Below, piece after piece: positions 49,002 through 58,957 of a stretch of 64,000 bases of DNA (positions are counted from its first letter, which is position 1; each line of letters starts with the position of its first letter). The notes below the pieces were generated by a model that was not told where the DNA came from, made no database searches, and saw only the letters and a program-made list of their open reading frames with translations. The translations under genes and the position numbers were made by a program. The stretch is from positions 1 through 64,000 of the forward strand of contig JBCCHT010000029.1 in NCBI GenBank assembly GCA_039028615.1, read 5' to 3'. This DNA is from Myxococcota bacterium. GTDB lineage: Bacteria; Myxococcota_A; Polyangia; Nannocystales; Nannocystaceae.

Positions 49002-50588
49002 TCAAAGGCCCTGGACGTCGTCGTGCACCACGAGCACCCACTCGAGGGTCAGCGTGTGCTGCCCCAGGCCCTGCAGGTGTACGTCCCACTCGACGATGCC
49101 GTCGCCATCGGCCGTGCTCGGAGGCTCGGCCCTTCGCAGCTCCACCTCGACCTTGTCGATCTCGGACACCGCGATTCGCTCGCGCACCACCAGGTCTCGC
49201 GGGGCACCATCGAGGTTCGAGAGCTTGATCTGCACCAACCGCGGCTTGCGGGTCCACGAGCTGAGCGTCTTGCGTTCGTGCTCCTGCTCCATCACGTCGC
49301 GCTGGACCCTCAGGGCGGCATCGGGGCCCCAGCCCAGCTCGAAGCGCTCGCCGGGCGCGATGTACAGGAGGGAGGTGGCCCCGACCAAGCCGCTGCCACG
49401 CACCAGATCGACGGGCCCGGCCAGCAACGGGTGCTTGGCGGCATTGACTTGCTCCGAGCGGGTGATGACCGCGGCGGCCAGCTCGGGCATGCACAAAAGG
49501 CCCACGTCGGCCTCGGTTTCGAACTCGAACAGCGGCACGCGATGGGGCCGGCCATCGCCCATGATGGTGCTTCGCACCCGTCCCACCAGGCGCTGCGGGT
49601 CTCCGCCGTCGTCGATGCCGGGCAGGTCGTCGGCGTGCTCCACTGAGGCATCCGCCCCCAGCCCCGCGCGATGAATCTGCGCCTGGCGGGTCTGCACGTC
49701 GACGTTGGCGCTCTTTTTCTTCAGCGCCAGGCGGTCGGTCTCCAGCGTCGGGGGCTTCAGGCCGAGCGAAGGCCGCTCGGTGGAGAACACCATGCGGGCG
49801 TCCGTCCAGTCTTCGCCCGTGGCCTGCCAAACGCACGCCTCGCACTGGAGGCGGACCCGCGCCGGGCCGTCGTCCTCGATGAGCTGGGCCCGATGCCACG
49901 GCCGCCACAGCGCTCCCGGGACGAGGTAGTCCACGCGAATCTCGAACGGGCGCGCCCCTTCCCACGGCCCGCCACGATCGATCTCGAGTTCGAGGCTCGC
50001 GGTCGCATGGGCTTGCAGAGTGTCGGCCGCGGCCTCGAGTCGTCGCAGCTCGGCGACCTTGCGCTCGAGCTCGTTCTGCTCGGACTTCGCCTCGCAGTGC
50101 TCCTGGCCGACGGCCAAGATTCGCTGCTGCACCGCGTTGAGGGCCGCCCCGCCCGCTTCGGTCTGCACGTGCCCCCAGCCGGAGTCCTCGACCAGCTCGT
50201 CGACGCTCGTCCCGAGCAGCTTACGCAGGGCCTTGCGCTCCGCGTCGAGGCTCTCGATGCGGTACAGCAGCGCCATCTGGCTGGCTTCGAGGGCGCGTCG
50301 TCGGGCCTCCAGCTCGGCGACGGCCTCGGGTTGCTGACTGGATTTGGTGATGCGTCGGCGTACGATCCGAGCCCCGAGGATCTCGATGGCGCTCTCATCG
50401 TCACGGTCGGCCGCCTGGGCACTGATCGACTTGTCGACCAGGATCGGCGAGACCCCGGGGATCCGGATCCGGTTGCGCCCCGGTCGGAGCGGAAGCACGC
50501 CTTGGCGGCGGATGAGCGAGCGGTCCTCCTGGACGGTGACCTCCATGACGGGCAGCGCGAGCGTGTCGAAATCGTCTTCGTTCGCCAT
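49002..50588 (-). CDS. DUF4140/DUF4139 domain protein
   Basis: VTVQEDRSLIRR, YLVPGALWRP, WQATGEDW, STERP, PLLAGPVDL. Confidence 0.88.
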   Translation of the reverse strand: MANEDDFDTLALPVMEVTVQEDRSLIRRQGVLPLRPGRNRIRIPGVSPILVDKSISAQAADRDDESAIEILGARIVRRRITKSSQQPEAVAELEARRRALEASQMALLYRIESLDAERKALRKLLGTSVDELVEDSGWGHVQTEAGGAALNAVQQRILAVGQEHCEAKSEQNELERKVAELRRLEAAADTLQAHATASLELEIDRGGPWEGARPFEIRVDYLVPGALWRPWHRAQLIEDDGPARVRLQCEACVWQATGEDWTDARMVFSTERPSLGLKPPTLETDRLALKKKSANVDVQTRQAQIHRAGLGADASVEHADDLPGIDDGGDPQRLVGRVRSTIMGDGRPHRVPLFEFETEADVGLLCMPELAAAVITRSEQVNAAKHPLLAGPVDLVRGSGLVGATSLLYIAPGERFELGWGPDAALRVQRDVMEQEHERKTLSSWTRKPRLVQIKLSNLDGAPRDLVVRERIAVSEIDKVEVELRRAEPPSTADGDGIVEWDVHLQGLGQHTLTLEWVLVVHDDVQGL

Positions 50589-50594
50589 GCCGTA

Positions 50595-52826
50595 TTACCC
50601 TTCCCGGCGGTTGCCGCCGACCAGCTCGTGGCTCTGGGGGATGCGAATCGACCAGGTCGCGTTCAGCTCGCGGCGCCCCTTGGCGGCGACCTCGACCTTC
50701 CACGCCCGGCCGCCTTCGAGGTCCTGGTCCTTGGGATCGAACTCGTCCCACGCGGGCTCGATTCGGCCTTCGGAGACCGCGATGTCGTCCTGGCCATCGG
50801 GCACCGTGGGCAGGCGCTCCCGAACTTCGACGGTGGCCGGGGTCTCGAGGTGATTGTCGATCTCGATGCGGACCCGGTGCTGCAGCTCCCGATGGCGCTT
50901 GAGCAAGCCGGACGACTCGTCGTCGAAGCTGACGTTGCGGGCGATCTTGATCGCCTGCTCGACCCCCAGACCGAGTTCGGCTCGCCCGCGGCGGGGCGTC
51001 AGCTCGAGCGTGGACGCGAGCACAAAGCGGCCATCGACGTAGACGTCGACCGGGCCCGGCAGCAGCGGCGCATCGATGGGATTGCGGACCGCGACCACGC
51101 GAAAGACGTCTTGGGTCTCCCGGGGCACGGCGACGTACTTGGGTGATGTCTCGACCGGGGGCCGCTGCAGCGGGATGCCGACGAACACGCCGTCGCTGTC
51201 GAGGTCGACCCGGGCCTTGGCCTCGTAGGCGTGATCGAAGCCGTCGTGGCCCTCGGCCCAGCGATGGGACCCCGGGGCGCGGCGTCGTTCGAGCCGGAGC
51301 GCGGCTTCTTCCACGGAGCCGAGGCGGCTGAGCGCCATCGCCACGTCGGCCGACGCCAGGCTTCCCCAGTGGGCATAGAGCTGCTCCTGCGTCATGCGGC
51401 GCAGGGTTCCTCGGTGCGGAGCATCGGCGGCGGGCACCCGCAGGCGGCCGTACTCGAGCTGCGAATGATTGGCGACCAGCGTCGACGCGACACTGGCGGG
51501 CTCGGGCTCTTCATCTAGGGTGTCCCGCACCAGCGCGCTCGGGCCTCCGCCTCCGAAGCTGACCTGCGCCGAGGCTCGCATCCTCGCCATGCCTGGGGGC
51601 GCGCCGCCCATCGGAGGGGCCGACGGCATCGCGGGCGCGGGCGCGGCTGGAGCCGGAGCGGAGGGCACGGGGGGACCCGCCGCGGCCGCGACCGGTTCGG
51701 CGCCGCCCACCATGAAGTCCATCGCGTCTGGCTCGCCCTCGAGGTCCGCGAGGTCGAAGGTGCCGGTCGATGCCGACCCCGGCACCGGAAACCCGGCGGG
51801 AGGCGCCTGAGGTGGCGGAGGCGCTTGCCGAGGCGTGGGCTTGGGCTTGGGTTTGGCCCGCTTCGCGGGCGCGAGGTCGCGATCGTAGTCGGCGAACAGC
51901 TCGTCGGTCCCCGTGGGAGACGGTCGCCAACCCGTCTTGGGCGGAGGCGGCTGACGCCGGCCGATTCGCATCGATCGCAGCTCCGGCAGCTCGGTCCACT
52001 GCTGCGGCAACGCGGTCGACAGCGACAAGTCGACGTCGGACCAGCGCTCGCCCGTGGCCTGCCCCACCAGCGCCTGGAGTTCGAGCACGCCGCCGCCGAG
52101 CGAACGATCGAGCCGCAGGACGTAGCTGGGAGCCCACCGCGCCCCGCGGACCCGGTAGCTCAGCTCCAGGACCACCCGCGTGGGCGCGGCGCCCTCGGGC
52201 GTGCGCAGGCCGACCACCACCGCCTTGCGGGCCTCGAACTGCCGCGGGTTACGAGCCTTGGTTGCCCGGCGCTCGCGCTCCTTGAGCGTGGCCAGCCGCT
52301 CCTTTGCCTGGCGGGTGGTCTCGGTCGCCTCCCCTCGTCGGGTGTTCAGGGCGTCGAGCTGTTGCCGACGAAACTCGAGCAGCGCCAGGCGAGCTTCGGT
52401 TGGCGAGGCGAGCGGAGGCTCCCCCTCGGCGGACAGCCCTCGCGAGCGCGGGACCAGCCGCTGCAGCTGCTCGGCGATCCCCTCGAGGTCGGCTTCATGC
52501 CGCTGCGCCTGCTCGACCTCGAGGCGGGCCCGGTCGAGCTCCTCGTTCGTCGGCGGCCGCAGCTGCGGGTCGGGCTCGGGCACCGCCAGCGTCACCCGCA
52601 CGTCGCCCGCCCACGGCAGCGGTCTGGAGGCGTCCTCTTCGTCGTCGGGTCGGCGGACCGAGACCTGAACGGACGAGTCGTCGAGCATCAGCGGCAGGCC
52701 CTCGACGCGAACCGTTCGCGGAAAGCCGTCGGCATCGGATTGAAGCGTGGCCAACCGGGTGACCATGGCCCCGCGCCGAAACACGGTGACCGCTGAGGTT
52801 CGAGAGGACAGCGTGAGCGTCGACAT
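50595..52826 (-). CDS. DUF4140/DUF4139 domain protein
   Basis: VTVFRRGAMVTR, ARWAPSY, QATGERWSDV, PLLPGPVDVY, ELVGGNRRE. Confidence 0.88.
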   Translation of the reverse strand: MSTLTLSSRTSAVTVFRRGAMVTRLATLQSDADGFPRTVRVEGLPLMLDDSSVQVSVRRPDDEEDASRPLPWAGDVRVTLAVPEPDPQLRPPTNEELDRARLEVEQAQRHEADLEGIAEQLQRLVPRSRGLSAEGEPPLASPTEARLALLEFRRQQLDALNTRRGEATETTRQAKERLATLKERERRATKARNPRQFEARKAVVVGLRTPEGAAPTRVVLELSYRVRGARWAPSYVLRLDRSLGGGVLELQALVGQATGERWSDVDLSLSTALPQQWTELPELRSMRIGRRQPPPPKTGWRPSPTGTDELFADYDRDLAPAKRAKPKPKPTPRQAPPPPQAPPAGFPVPGSASTGTFDLADLEGEPDAMDFMVGGAEPVAAAAGPPVPSAPAPAAPAPAMPSAPPMGGAPPGMARMRASAQVSFGGGGPSALVRDTLDEEPEPASVASTLVANHSQLEYGRLRVPAADAPHRGTLRRMTQEQLYAHWGSLASADVAMALSRLGSVEEAALRLERRRAPGSHRWAEGHDGFDHAYEAKARVDLDSDGVFVGIPLQRPPVETSPKYVAVPRETQDVFRVVAVRNPIDAPLLPGPVDVYVDGRFVLASTLELTPRRGRAELGLGVEQAIKIARNVSFDDESSGLLKRHRELQHRVRIEIDNHLETPATVEVRERLPTVPDGQDDIAVSEGRIEPAWDEFDPKDQDLEGGRAWKVEVAAKGRRELNATWSIRIPQSHELVGGNRREG

Positions 52827-52982
52827 CGGCGGACGTCGAACCTACCACTGCCACGTCGCGAACGTGCGGCGTCCGAAGTTCGTGCGTCGCGTCGAAAATC
52901 GGCCTCAACCGCTCGGGATCAAAACCGATTCTCGAGCGTCGCTCGCGAACACGCGGCCGGCTGTCCGGGAGCCCGAAGTGGG

Positions 52983-53672
52983 TCAGCGACCGGGTGCCGA
53001 CTCGGATGCCGCGAAGAAATCGTCGAGGGTCTGACCGGGCTGGGGCTCGAACTTCTCCTCGAGCACGTCGAGTCGATCGACGCGATCAATCCGAAAGTTG
53101 CGAAAGCCCTGCCGAAGCTCGCACCATCCGGTGAGAGACCAACAGTTCCCCCAAAAGAACAGCCCGAGCGGTCGCACGCGTCGCTCGCTCGGCGTGCCGT
53201 CGGCTCGGACGTAGGCCAGCCAGATGACGTGCTGCGCCTCGAGAGCCGCGCGCATGGGGGCGAGCAGGTGCCGCATCTCGGGCGAGACGTGCTCGCCCGG
53301 AGCGTAGAGCGGCTCGGCGTCGATGCGCCGCTTGAGGGCGGGAGGCACCACCGCCTGCACCTTGGCCAGCGCTCCGCTCGCGGCCTTGGCGAGGCGGTCG
53401 TCGCCCCAGCTGTGCACGATGCGAGCGCCCAGGGCGAGGGCGGCGATTTCCTCGCGGTTGAACATCAACGGGGGCAGGTCGAAGTTGGAGGGCAGCGCAT
53501 AGCCGACCCCCGCCTCCCCCTCGATGGGTACGCCGGCACAGATGAGGTCCTGGACGTCCCGGTAGATGGTGCGGTCGGAAACACCCAGCTGCTCCGCGAG
53601 CCAGGCGGCGGTGGTGACCCGACGCCGCCGAAGCAGCTGGACGAGCTGGAACAGGCGATCAGCACGTCTCAT
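52983..53672 (-). CDS. YafY-family HTH-WYL transcriptional regulator
   Basis: MRRADRLFQL, LGVSDRTIYRDV, GEAGVGY, LPPLMF, WCELRQGFRNFRIDR. Confidence 0.93.
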   Translation of the reverse strand: MRRADRLFQLVQLLRRRRVTTAAWLAEQLGVSDRTIYRDVQDLICAGVPIEGEAGVGYALPSNFDLPPLMFNREEIAALALGARIVHSWGDDRLAKAASGALAKVQAVVPPALKRRIDAEPLYAPGEHVSPEMRHLLAPMRAALEAQHVIWLAYVRADGTPSERRVRPLGLFFWGNCWSLTGWCELRQGFRNFRIDRVDRLDVLEEKFEPQPGQTLDDFFAASESAPGR

Positions 53673-54066
53673 GTTGAACGAAGTAGCTCCGGTATTCGGG
53701 GGCGGGTTCGATGGGTTGGTGGATGTGCAGGGCGATGCCGTTCGGATCGACGACGGTGAAGCTGCGGTCGCCCCAGGGATTGTCGCGAGGCGGGCCGTCG
53801 GTGTCGACGCCCGCGCGACGAATGCGGAGGTACTCGGCATCGACGTCGTCGACCTCGAGACCGTAGGTCAGACCCTTGCCGCAAAAGGGTGACTCGTCGG
53901 CCAAGGGGCGCAAAAAGCCGAGCTGCAGGTCACTGCGTGGGTGTCGCAAATTCACCAGTCCCTGACTGAGGAACACAATCTCGAAGCCCAGTCGATCGAC
54001 GAAGAACTCGACCGACGCCCGCATGTCTTCCACGGTGATGAGCGGCACGAGGCGCTTGCATTCCAT
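53659..54066 (-). CDS. VOC/glyoxalase family protein
   Basis: SVEFFVDRLGF, EVDDVDAEY, PWGDRSFTVVDPNG. Confidence 0.9.
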   Translation of the reverse strand: MECKRLVPLITVEDMRASVEFFVDRLGFEIVFLSQGLVNLRHPRSDLQLGFLRPLADESPFCGKGLTYGLEVDDVDAEYLRIRRAGVDTDGPPRDNPWGDRSFTVVDPNGIALHIHQPIEPAPEYRSYFVQHETC

Positions 54067-54087
54067 GCTCTCGTGGTAGCACCCCCC

Positions 54088-54108
54088 TACTGAAACCTTT
54101 TGTCAGGA
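54088..54108. promoter_or_regulatory. Imperfect palindrome, putative YafY operator
   Basis: TACTGAAA-CCTTT-TGTCAGGA about 22 bp upstream of the VOC start. Confidence 0.55.
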
Positions 54109-54373
54109 GTTCCAGATCTGCCCCCTGCTCGGGTCATGCCCAAACGCACGGCTACGGGCGACTCCGACCACGAAATAAACATATGAAATCATGAATAAAA
54201 CGTAAAGTCCTGGAACCGTGTTTTCGACGAGAACCCGAGCGCGACTCGGTGCGCGCCTGCGCTCGTTTTTGACAGGAGTGGCGGCCGCTTGCCCGGCCGC
54301 CGAAGTACCGTCGCTGGACCCTCGTCACACTGGCAGATGGCACGTCTGCCATGACGTGCACGTGCCCCCAAAC

Positions 54374-55054
54374 TCAGTCGACCTCTTGGTCGATGTAGAG
54401 CCCTGCCGCCGCGTTGACTCCGTTGACGTCCGCCGCACCCGATCGCTCGTAGGTGGAGTAGATGGCATCGTCGTCGAGGTTGCCGAAGGCCTGTGCCGTG
54501 AACTGGCACTCACCGAAGCCGGTCCCGCTGTTGCTCGCCATGAAGTTGTAGTGGAAGAAGTGCGCCTGCTCCATTTGGAAGTTCAGGCCGGACCACACGT
54601 TGTTGTCGGTCCACTGCGTCATCTCGTAAAACGCCGGGCCACCGCCACCACCACCCCCCGCGGGCACACAGCGCGCTCCCGGGCCTTCGTTGCAGTTGAG
54701 GGCCAAGGGGGGCGTCACCGTGGCCTCGGATTCTCCCGTGTCCTCGGCCGACTGATGCGGGCACCGATGCGTGGCCAGGTCGCTCACCCCACCGCCGGCG
54801 CCGATGGTCTGCGTCGAGCCCCGCTCCACGTGCTCCTCTGAGAAGTAGGCCGACGCCGCGTCGAACATCTTGGCGATCTGCACCCGAGCCTCGCTCGTCT
54901 TGGACCGCCGCATGTACTTGGTGAGAGCCGGGACCGCGATCGCGGCCAAGATGCCGAGGATCGCCACCACGATCATCAGTTCGATCAGCGTGAAGCCTCG
55001 GGCGTCGAGGAACCTACGGTTGATCGGCTTCGTGGTCGTCTGCGTCGACATCAT
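54374..55054 (-). CDS. pilA: Type IV pilin
   Basis: Class III signal RG|FTLIELMIVVAILGILAAIAVP, SKTSEA, FTAQAFGNLDDD. Confidence 0.88.
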   Translation of the reverse strand: MMSTQTTTKPINRRFLDARGFTLIELMIVVAILGILAAIAVPALTKYMRRSKTSEARVQIAKMFDAASAYFSEEHVERGSTQTIGAGGGVSDLATHRCPHQSAEDTGESEATVTPPLALNCNEGPGARCVPAGGGGGGGPAFYEMTQWTDNNVWSGLNFQMEQAHFFHYNFMASNSGTGFGECQFTAQAFGNLDDDAIYSTYERSGAADVNGVNAAAGLYIDQEVD

Positions 55055-55083
55055 GGATTCCCCTCACCCTCGACCTACTGCTC

Positions 55084-55099
55084 AGCACAGCGCGTGCCG
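55084..55099 (-). promoter_or_regulatory. Sigma54 -24/-12 promoter of the pilin gene
   Basis: CGGCACGCGCTGTGCT = GG-N10-GC, 30 bp upstream of the ATG. Confidence 0.65.
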
Positions 55100-55651
55100 A
55101 TCAGGAGATCTCTTATCAATTCATGAGATTTCAGCATTCTAAAACACCTGAGAATCTATTGATGAAATGTCAGAAGACAATTTTTGTCACTCTTCCCCGC
55201 AAAAAATGTCGCCAATTCGAATATCCCGATGTCGGGTGTACTCGGCCGCCGTAGGCTCAGCGCCCACCCGCGCCGACGTCGGTTCAACGTCGTCCGGGTC
55301 GAGCACGAGGGCGCCGAGTGGAGGCGAATGGCGCTGACGGCTGAGGGCGGGACCGTCTGGGAACCCGGGCTCGAGGTGCTCTTCACACCGACGGCATCGC
55401 ACTGCGACCCGTCGCGGTGGTGCTCAGCTCGAGCACGGTAGAGAAGTACCCCGCACCGAGGTCGGGCCCCGGCGTTTTTGCGGTTCGACAGCGCGCCCGT
55501 GAACGCCCGGTCCGTGCCGCGGAACAAGCTCGGATCGTCGGCGTCGATCATCTCGTTCTCCATCGCCGCTGCGCCCCCGCAATTGCCAACCTTTGCCGTC
55601 TCGATCCCCTTGCGATGAGCGCGGGGCTCGGGGATGGTGCGGGCGACCGTC

Positions 55652-56803
55652 ATGGCCGCTTCGATCCGCAGCACGCTTCGGCGCTTCGAGACCCACGGCT
55701 GGGAGGTCTGGCTGATCCCAGTGGTGGTGGCTGCGGCGGGAGCGGTGGTGATGGGCTCGACCGGGGCGGACTTGGTGCTGCTCCGTGGCCTCGTGTTCGT
55801 GGGCGGACCGCTGCTCATCCTCAGTGGCCTGCACGCGCGCCTGGCCGACTACCTGCACGCGCCGTCGCGACATCGGCTGCTGGCACTGCCGCTGGCCCCC
55901 GACGACCACTGGGTCACCGCGCAGCGCGTCCATCGACGGGGGTTGGCCATGACCGGTGCGGTCGGTGCCCTGGCGATCGGCGGGGCGGCGCTCGGCTCTG
56001 GCACCGACCTCGTGCCCGCGGCGGGGCTCGTCGGAGATTGGCTGTGGCTGTGGCTCATGTCGGTGTTGGTCGAGCCCCTGATCCCCGCCGCGGGAGCGCG
56101 CCTGGGCCAGCGATTCGACGAAGAGCGAACCGAGCACGCGGTGCTCGAGCGCTTGGGCGGCGGCTTCACCATTCCCGAGGCCGTGGTGCACCTGTACGCG
56201 CCCGGGTTGGTCGTGGGCCTGGCCGCCGCGCTGGCGATGCCGGGGCAGCTGTGGCTCGATCGCAGCATCGACGGCATCGCCTCTCCCCCCGGGTTGGCCA
56301 TCGGAGCGCTGGTCGCCCTGGCGATGGCGCTGGGCGGGTGTCTGTGGGCGCGTCGCGGCTACGCCCAGGGCTTCTTTGGCTCCGTCCCGTGGCTGCACGA
56401 AGCGATTCGAACGCTCGCCGGTCCGCCCGTGCCCGAGCCCGTGCCCACCTGGTCGCTGCTCGGTCGGGATCCGGTCGGCCACCTGTTGGTGCGGCAGCTG
56501 TGGCGCACCACCGCCGTACCGGGGCTGCGGCTGTTCGCCATGCTCGGCGGCACCACGTGGATCGCCCTGGCCGCGAGCCCGTCGGTGGCCGCGCTGGCCA
56601 CCGTGCTGGCGTTGGTCGCCGTTTGGCTCGTCCCCTCGATGCGCATCCGAGCCCTGGCGCCCGGCCGCGCTCGCCTGTGTGCCCCCCTGCCCTTGCCTCC
56701 GGCGGGTCGAGCCGGACGTTCGTGGGTGCTGTGGGCGGTGGTGCTCGCCCCGGTGGCAGGCTCGATGACCCTGCTGACCGTTCTTTGGAGCATGAACGCA
56801 TGA
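55652..56803 (+). CDS. Multi-pass membrane protein, probable ABC permease
   Basis: Many hydrophobic helices; ATGA overlap with the ABC ATPase. Confidence 0.75.
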   Translation: MAASIRSTLRRFETHGWEVWLIPVVVAAAGAVVMGSTGADLVLLRGLVFVGGPLLILSGLHARLADYLHAPSRHRLLALPLAPDDHWVTAQRVHRRGLAMTGAVGALAIGGAALGSGTDLVPAAGLVGDWLWLWLMSVLVEPLIPAAGARLGQRFDEERTEHAVLERLGGGFTIPEAVVHLYAPGLVVGLAAALAMPGQLWLDRSIDGIASPPGLAIGALVALAMALGGCLWARRGYAQGFFGSVPWLHEAIRTLAGPPVPEPVPTWSLLGRDPVGHLLVRQLWRTTAVPGLRLFAMLGGTTWIALAASPSVAALATVLALVAVWLVPSMRIRALAPGRARLCAPLPLPPAGRAGRSWVLWAVVLAPVAGSMTLLTVLWSMNA

Positions 56804-57456
56804 GCCCTTCACCTGCCCTGCTCGTCGACGCCGTCGTCAAGCGCTACGCCGATCGCACCATCCTCGACGGGCTCACGCTACAGGTGGATGCCGGCGACAC
56901 GGTGGTGCTGCGGGGGCCCAACGGCTCGGGCAAGTCGACGCTGCTCGGCTGCATCGCGGGCACGGTCATCCCCGACGAGGGCCGCATCGCGCTGGCGGGT
57001 CACGACTTGGCGAAGGAGCCCATCGCGGCTCGGGCGGCCCTGCGGTACCTGCCCCAGGAGCCCGAGGTGCCGCCGGGGCTGGGCGGAGACGAGCTGCTGC
57101 GCTTCTTCGCCGACGTCTACGGCGATCCGGCGGGCTTCGACAAAGCCGCGGCCTTCCTCGACTTCGGTGATGCCCTCCCTCGCTTTGCCACGACCTACAG
57201 CGTCGGCATGCGCCGCCAGCTGATGTTCGCGGCGCTGCTGCCCGGCGATGGGCAGTTGCTGGTGCTCGACGAGCCCTTCGCGGGGGTGGACGAGACCGGT
57301 CGGGCCAAGATCCGCGCCGCCATCGAGGCGGCGCTCGCCCGTGGTGCGGGCGTGGTCATCGCGGCGCACGACCGGGACGTCGTGGACGTCGCCTCGCTCT
57401 CGCCGCGGTACTTCGACGTGAGCACGGGCGAGCTGAGCGACACGCCGGGAAAATGA
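56800..57456 (+). CDS. ABC transporter ATP-binding protein
   Basis: GPNGSGKST, YSVGM, LLVLDEPFAGVD, H-loop. Confidence 0.93.
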   Translation: MSPSPALLVDAVVKRYADRTILDGLTLQVDAGDTVVLRGPNGSGKSTLLGCIAGTVIPDEGRIALAGHDLAKEPIAARAALRYLPQEPEVPPGLGGDELLRFFADVYGDPAGFDKAAAFLDFGDALPRFATTYSVGMRRQLMFAALLPGDGQLLVLDEPFAGVDETGRAKIRAAIEAALARGAGVVIAAHDRDVVDVASLSPRYFDVSTGELSDTPGK

Positions 57457-57564
57457 CCCCACCCGGAGCCCGGCCTCCCCGCCGAGCTCCGAGTGGTGTC
57501 GCCCGACCAAGACGCGACTCGTGCCCCCTCGCCAATGTCAGCCGAGGGGACGACGGAGCCGCTC

Positions 57565-58710
57565 CTACTGACAGGAACAGCCGCCGCAGTTGCCCGACGT
57601 CGGCGAGCAGACGGCGGAGAAGCCCGGCGTGCAGTCGTTGAAGGTCGCGATGCAGAGGTTCCCCAGGCCGCTGTTGGTGCAGCCGCAGGTGCCCTCGATA
57701 GGACCACCGCCCGGCTCGAGGCAGACATCGGCCGCGGCGTGGTGACCGAACTGCGCGCCCACGTCGTGGGTGCAGACCAGGTCACCGCGACAGTCGGAGT
57801 CGGTATCGCAGTCTGCTCCGCCCTCGCCACACTGGCAGATGGGCCCCTTGTCGTCGCACAGGTTCCAGAAGGACGACGAGCAGGTCTCGCCTTCGACCCA
57901 GTCGTGGAAGGGCGCGATCGCCATCGACTTGCTCACCCACCCGTGCCAAAAGGTCAGGTTGCGGGTCGAGTGCACGCCGAAGAGCTTGGTGCCCGCGGTG
58001 TTCATGATCGCACCGCCCGAGTCTCCCGAGCAGAACACGGGGTCGTCGAAGCGCATGATCTTGTTGCCGTCTTCGTAGCCGTCGATGGTCACGATGTCGG
58101 AGTTGAGCGTGCCGAAGTTGCCGACGCAGCTGTTGCCGACCAAGCCGTAGCCCGCGATCTTCACCGTGGATCCGGTGGGCAGGTTGGAGGTGGCGACCTC
58201 GAAGGGCTCGACGTACGAGGGCGCGTCGTCGTCCAGCGTGATGATAGCCAGGTCGTTCTCGAACTGGTTGTCGGTCCACGAGGGGTTGTAGCCGGGGTGG
58301 ACCACCGCGCTGCCCGTGCGCGTGGGCGTCCAGTTCCCCGAGGTCGAGGGGTCGTCGCGGAAGGTGACGGTGGCGGGCGTGGTGCAGGAGTTGCCGCCGA
58401 CCAGGTCGTCGGAGCAGAAGCAGTGCGCCGCGGTGAGCACGGTGTCGCGGGCGATGAGCATGCCGGAGCACGAGCCCTGGCCCGAGGAGATTTGCACGAC
58501 GTTCATCAGCTGGCCGGGAGGCACCGGATCGGGGTCGACGATGCGGAATTCGATATCGTCGCCGCTGCCGTCCGAGTCGTACTCGCCGTCGCTGTCATAG
58601 CCATAGTCGTCTTCGGGGAGCTCGGTGTCGCAGGCCGTGGTGAGGGCCACAGCGGCCAGGACCGAGGTGAACAGGCCGCGACGGAGCATGGGGATGGAAA
58701 GGGTGGTCAT
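57565..58710 (-). CDS. Trypsin-like (S1) serine protease lipoprotein with Cys-rich tail
   Basis: TTAC lipobox; LTAAHC, NDLA, CSGDSGG. Confidence 0.92.
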   Translation of the reverse strand: MTTLSIPMLRRGLFTSVLAAVALTTACDTELPEDDYGYDSDGEYDSDGSGDDIEFRIVDPDPVPPGQLMNVVQISSGQGSCSGMLIARDTVLTAAHCFCSDDLVGGNSCTTPATVTFRDDPSTSGNWTPTRTGSAVVHPGYNPSWTDNQFENDLAIITLDDDAPSYVEPFEVATSNLPTGSTVKIAGYGLVGNSCVGNFGTLNSDIVTIDGYEDGNKIMRFDDPVFCSGDSGGAIMNTAGTKLFGVHSTRNLTFWHGWVSKSMAIAPFHDWVEGETCSSSFWNLCDDKGPICQCGEGGADCDTDSDCRGDLVCTHDVGAQFGHHAAADVCLEPGGGPIEGTCGCTNSGLGNLCIATFNDCTPGFSAVCSPTSGNCGGCSCQ

Positions 58711-58957
58711 CGTAGGGGGTCGTTCGTTTGGGGGGTCTTGCACCGCCTCGCCGGGAGGATTGGCCCGGCGGGGGTGTCGTGGGCGATAGACCGCGACGAC
58801 CTCGCTTCGATCACTGCGGGTGTCGAAAATTTGAACCGACCCGTCGGGCAGGCTCGCGACGACGATGTCGTGCGCTGGTTCGCGCATACGGACGGCCCCG
58901 GTCAGCCGCATCGCCGACGGGCGTCGTCGAAGCCGAGTCGACTGAGTCGGGAAGGCA

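Noticed and set aside
55190..55630. Small ORFs between the pilin and permease genes
   Set aside because: Several short overlapping frames, none with a recognisable motif; could be a decayed gene but unsupported
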